DNA of 64,000 nucleotides from Bugula neritina (taxonomy: Eukaryota; Animalia; Bryozoa), in contig OZ037766.1 of the NCBI GenBank assembly GCA_964035545.1, positions 18,960,767-19,024,766 of the forward strand. The letters are read 5' to 3'. Position numbers and translations under genes: made by a program. The number at the start of each line of letters is the position of its first letter. Position 1 is the first letter of the stretch. The notes under the pieces are model-generated. The model was given only the letters and a program-made list of their open reading frames with translations. It made no database searches and was not told the origin of the DNA. This document shows positions 61,601-64,000 of this stretch, one piece after another.

Positions 61601-64000
61601 TCTGCAACATAGTTCAACATACTGAAATGCACTGTAACATAATGAAATACACTGCAGCACATTGAAATATACTGCAACACACTGAAATATATTGCAACAC
61701 ATCCAAGTACATCGTAATATACGGACATGTACTGTAACATACTGAAATATACTGAAATACACTGCAACACATTGAAAAATACTGCAACATACTGAAAGAC
61801 ACTACAACTGACTGAAGTATAGTGTAATATACGGAAATGTACTGTAACATACTGATACTTACTGTACCACACTGAATCATACTGCAACATACTGCAATAC
61901 ACTGTAACATACCGAAACAAACTGCAACATGCTGCAACATACTCCAACGTACTGAAATACACTGTAACATAATGAATTACACTGCAAAATACTGCAACAT
62001 ACTGAAGTACACTGTAAAATGTTGAAATACACGGCAACACATTAAAATATACTGCAACACACTGAAGTATACTGCAACATACTGAAATATACTCCAACAT
62101 GCTGCAACATACTGAAATACACTGTAACATACTGCAACATACTGAAATACACTGTAACATACTAAAATACACTGCAACATTCTGCAACATACTTCAACAC
62201 ACTGAAATACACCGTAACATAATGAAATACGCTGCAACACATTGAAATATACTGCAACACACTGAAATATACTGCAACACATCCAAGTACATCGTAATAT
62301 ACGGACATGTACTATAACATACTGAAACATACTTAAACATACTGAAACAAAATGAAATTAACTGTAACACACTGATTAATACTGCAAAATGCTGAAATAT
62401 ACTGTAACACAGTGAAGTATACTGCAAAATTTTGAAACATACTGTAACATACTGAAACATGAGCAACATACTGAAAAATGCCTCAACATACTCAAATACA
62501 CTGCAAGAAACTGCAACATACGTAAATACACTGTAACATACTGACATACACTGCAACATACTGCAACATACTGAAGTCCACTGTGAAATATTGAAATACA
62601 CTGCAACACATTGGAATATACTGGAACACACTGAACTATACTGCAACATACTGAAATATACTGCAACATACTGCAACATACTGAAATACACTGTAACATA
62701 CTGTAACATACTGAAATACACTGCAACAAACTGCAACATACTGAAGAACACTGTAAAATATTGAAATACACTGCAACACATCGGAATATACTTCAACACA
62801 CTGAAATATACTAAAACATGTTGAAATATACTGCAACACACTGCAACATACTGAAATACACTGGAACAAACTGAAATACACTGCAACGCATTGGAATATA
62901 CTGCAACATTCCCTGATTTATTGTAATATACTGAAATACACTGCAACATAACGAGGTATATCGAAATATACGGACATGTACTGTAACATACTGAAATATA
63001 CTGCAACATACTGCAACATACTGAAATACACTGTAACATACTGCAACATACCTAAATACACTGTAACATACTAAAATACACTGCAACATTCTGCAACATA
63101 CTTCAACATACTGAAATACACTGAAACATAATGAAGTACACTGCAACACACTGAAATATACTGCAACATTCCCTGATTTATTGTAATATACTGAAATACA
63201 CTGCAACATACCGCAACATACTAAATTACACTGTTACAAACTGAAATACACTGCAACACATTGGTATATACTGCAACATACCCAAATATATGGTATTATA
63301 CTGAAATATACTGAAATACACTGCAACACATTGAAAAATACTGCAACACACTGAAAGACACTACAACTGACTGAAGTATAGTGTAATATACGGAAATGTA
63401 CTGTAACATACTGATACTTACTGTAACACACTGAATCATACTGCAACATACTGCAATACACTGTAACATACCGAAACAAACTGCAACATGCTGCAACATA
63501 CTGAAATACACTGTAACATACTAAAACACACTGCAACATTCTGCAACATACTCCAACGTACTGAAATACACTGTAACATAATGAATTACACTGCAAAATA
63601 CTGAAACATACTGAAGTACACTGTAAAATGTTGAAATACACGGCAACACATTAAAATATACTGCAACACACTGAAGTATACTGCAACATACTGAAATATA
63701 CTCCAACATGCTGCAACATACTGAAATACACTGTAACATACTGTAACATACTGAAATACACTGCAACAAACTGCAACATACTGGAGTACACTGTACATAT
63801 TGAAAGACACTGCAACACACTGAAATACACTGCAACACACTGAAATATACTGCAAAAAACTGAAATACACTTCAACATACTTCAGCATACTGAAAGACAC
63901 TACAACTAACTGAAGTATAGTGTATTATACGGAAATGTACTGTAACATACTGATATTTACTGCAACACACTGAAATATACTGCAAGATACTGAAATACTC
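59170..64000 (+). repeat. Local re-duplication: ~59170-59880 at ~62240-62950 (offset 3067) and ~59830-60640 at ~63150-64000 (offset 3327)
   Basis: Pseudo-ORF pairs 59309/62376, 59569/62636, 59907/63234 and 60194/63521; shared GCAACGCATTGG variant at 59816/62883. Confidence 0.83.

Larger units (their letters stand above)
1..64000 (+). repeat. 10-bp monomer satellite array, consensus ACTG(C/A/T)AA(C/T)A(T/C), about 6,400 copies, running off both window ends
   Basis: ACTG or a 1-2 nt variant recurs every 10 nt on every line. Dominant monomers are ACTGCAACAT, ACTGAAATAC, ACTGTAACAT, ACTGAAATAT, ACTGCAACAC and ACTGAAACAT. No non-repeat sequence and no strand switch seen. Confidence 0.99.

Noticed and set aside
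100-63900. Hundreds of minus-strand ORFs (up to 451 aa) as Cys-rich or membrane proteins
   Set aside because: They overlap in all three frames, encode the same decapeptide, follow a 10-bp rather than 3-bp period, and show no recognisable domain.
1-64000. CRISPR array (conserved cassettes separated by variable stretches)
   Set aside because: The intervening sequence is the same 10-bp repeat rather than unique spacers, spacing is irregular, and there are no cas genes or leader.
1-64000. Telomeric repeat tract
   Set aside because: No G-runs on either strand. Variants are inherited in kb-scale blocks, which indicates recombinational rather than telomerase-templated synthesis.
1-64000. Identity with known short satellites (Drosophila Prodsat AATAACATAG; Parascaris TTGCA pentamer)
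   Set aside because: Only the length or a 5-nt substring is shared; the ACTG-core consensus differs.
1-64000. Antigenic-variation, DGR or cassette-shuffling coding system
   Set aside because: No expression site, recombinase, reverse transcriptase or adenine-specific variation. The mosaicism is explained by ordinary satellite recombination.
1-64000. Synthetic or simulated sequence, or pure sequencing artefact
   Set aside because: Nested duplications with graded divergence and shared derived variants are typical of a natural array, though individual near-identical duplications still need read support.

Overview
The whole 64 kb window is one uninterrupted, single-orientation tandem array of a degenerate 10-bp monomer, consensus ACTG(C/A/T)AA(C/T)A(T/C), e.g. 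ACTGCAACAT, ACTGAAATAC, ACTGTAACAT. There are about 6,400 monomers, A-rich and G-poor on the + strand. It looks like eukaryotic satellite DNA; I cannot name the family or the organism. I see no credible gene, RNA gene, transposon, CRISPR array or inversion. All the ORFs in the track are translations of the repeat: a 10-bp period gives a 10-aa period, and the minus strand has few stops. The real information is in the array architecture. Variant monomers form recurring landmark cassettes, these form a roughly 0.85-kb module, and the modules are shuffled into a mosaic of higher-order duplications (60, 110, 369, 1749, 1949, 2738, 2824, 5872, 6151, 8269, about 11.5-12k, about 13.7k and 44.6k bp offsets). 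Every duplication I could check joins in 10-bp register. The most notable small-scale signal is a frequently repeated cassette, AGTACATCGTAATATACGGACATGTACT. It is an imperfect dyad, is the main CpG carrier of the array, and matches 7 of the 9 core positions of the CENP-B box. All counts and boundaries were read by eye and are approximate. I found no evidence for a novel protein-coding system.
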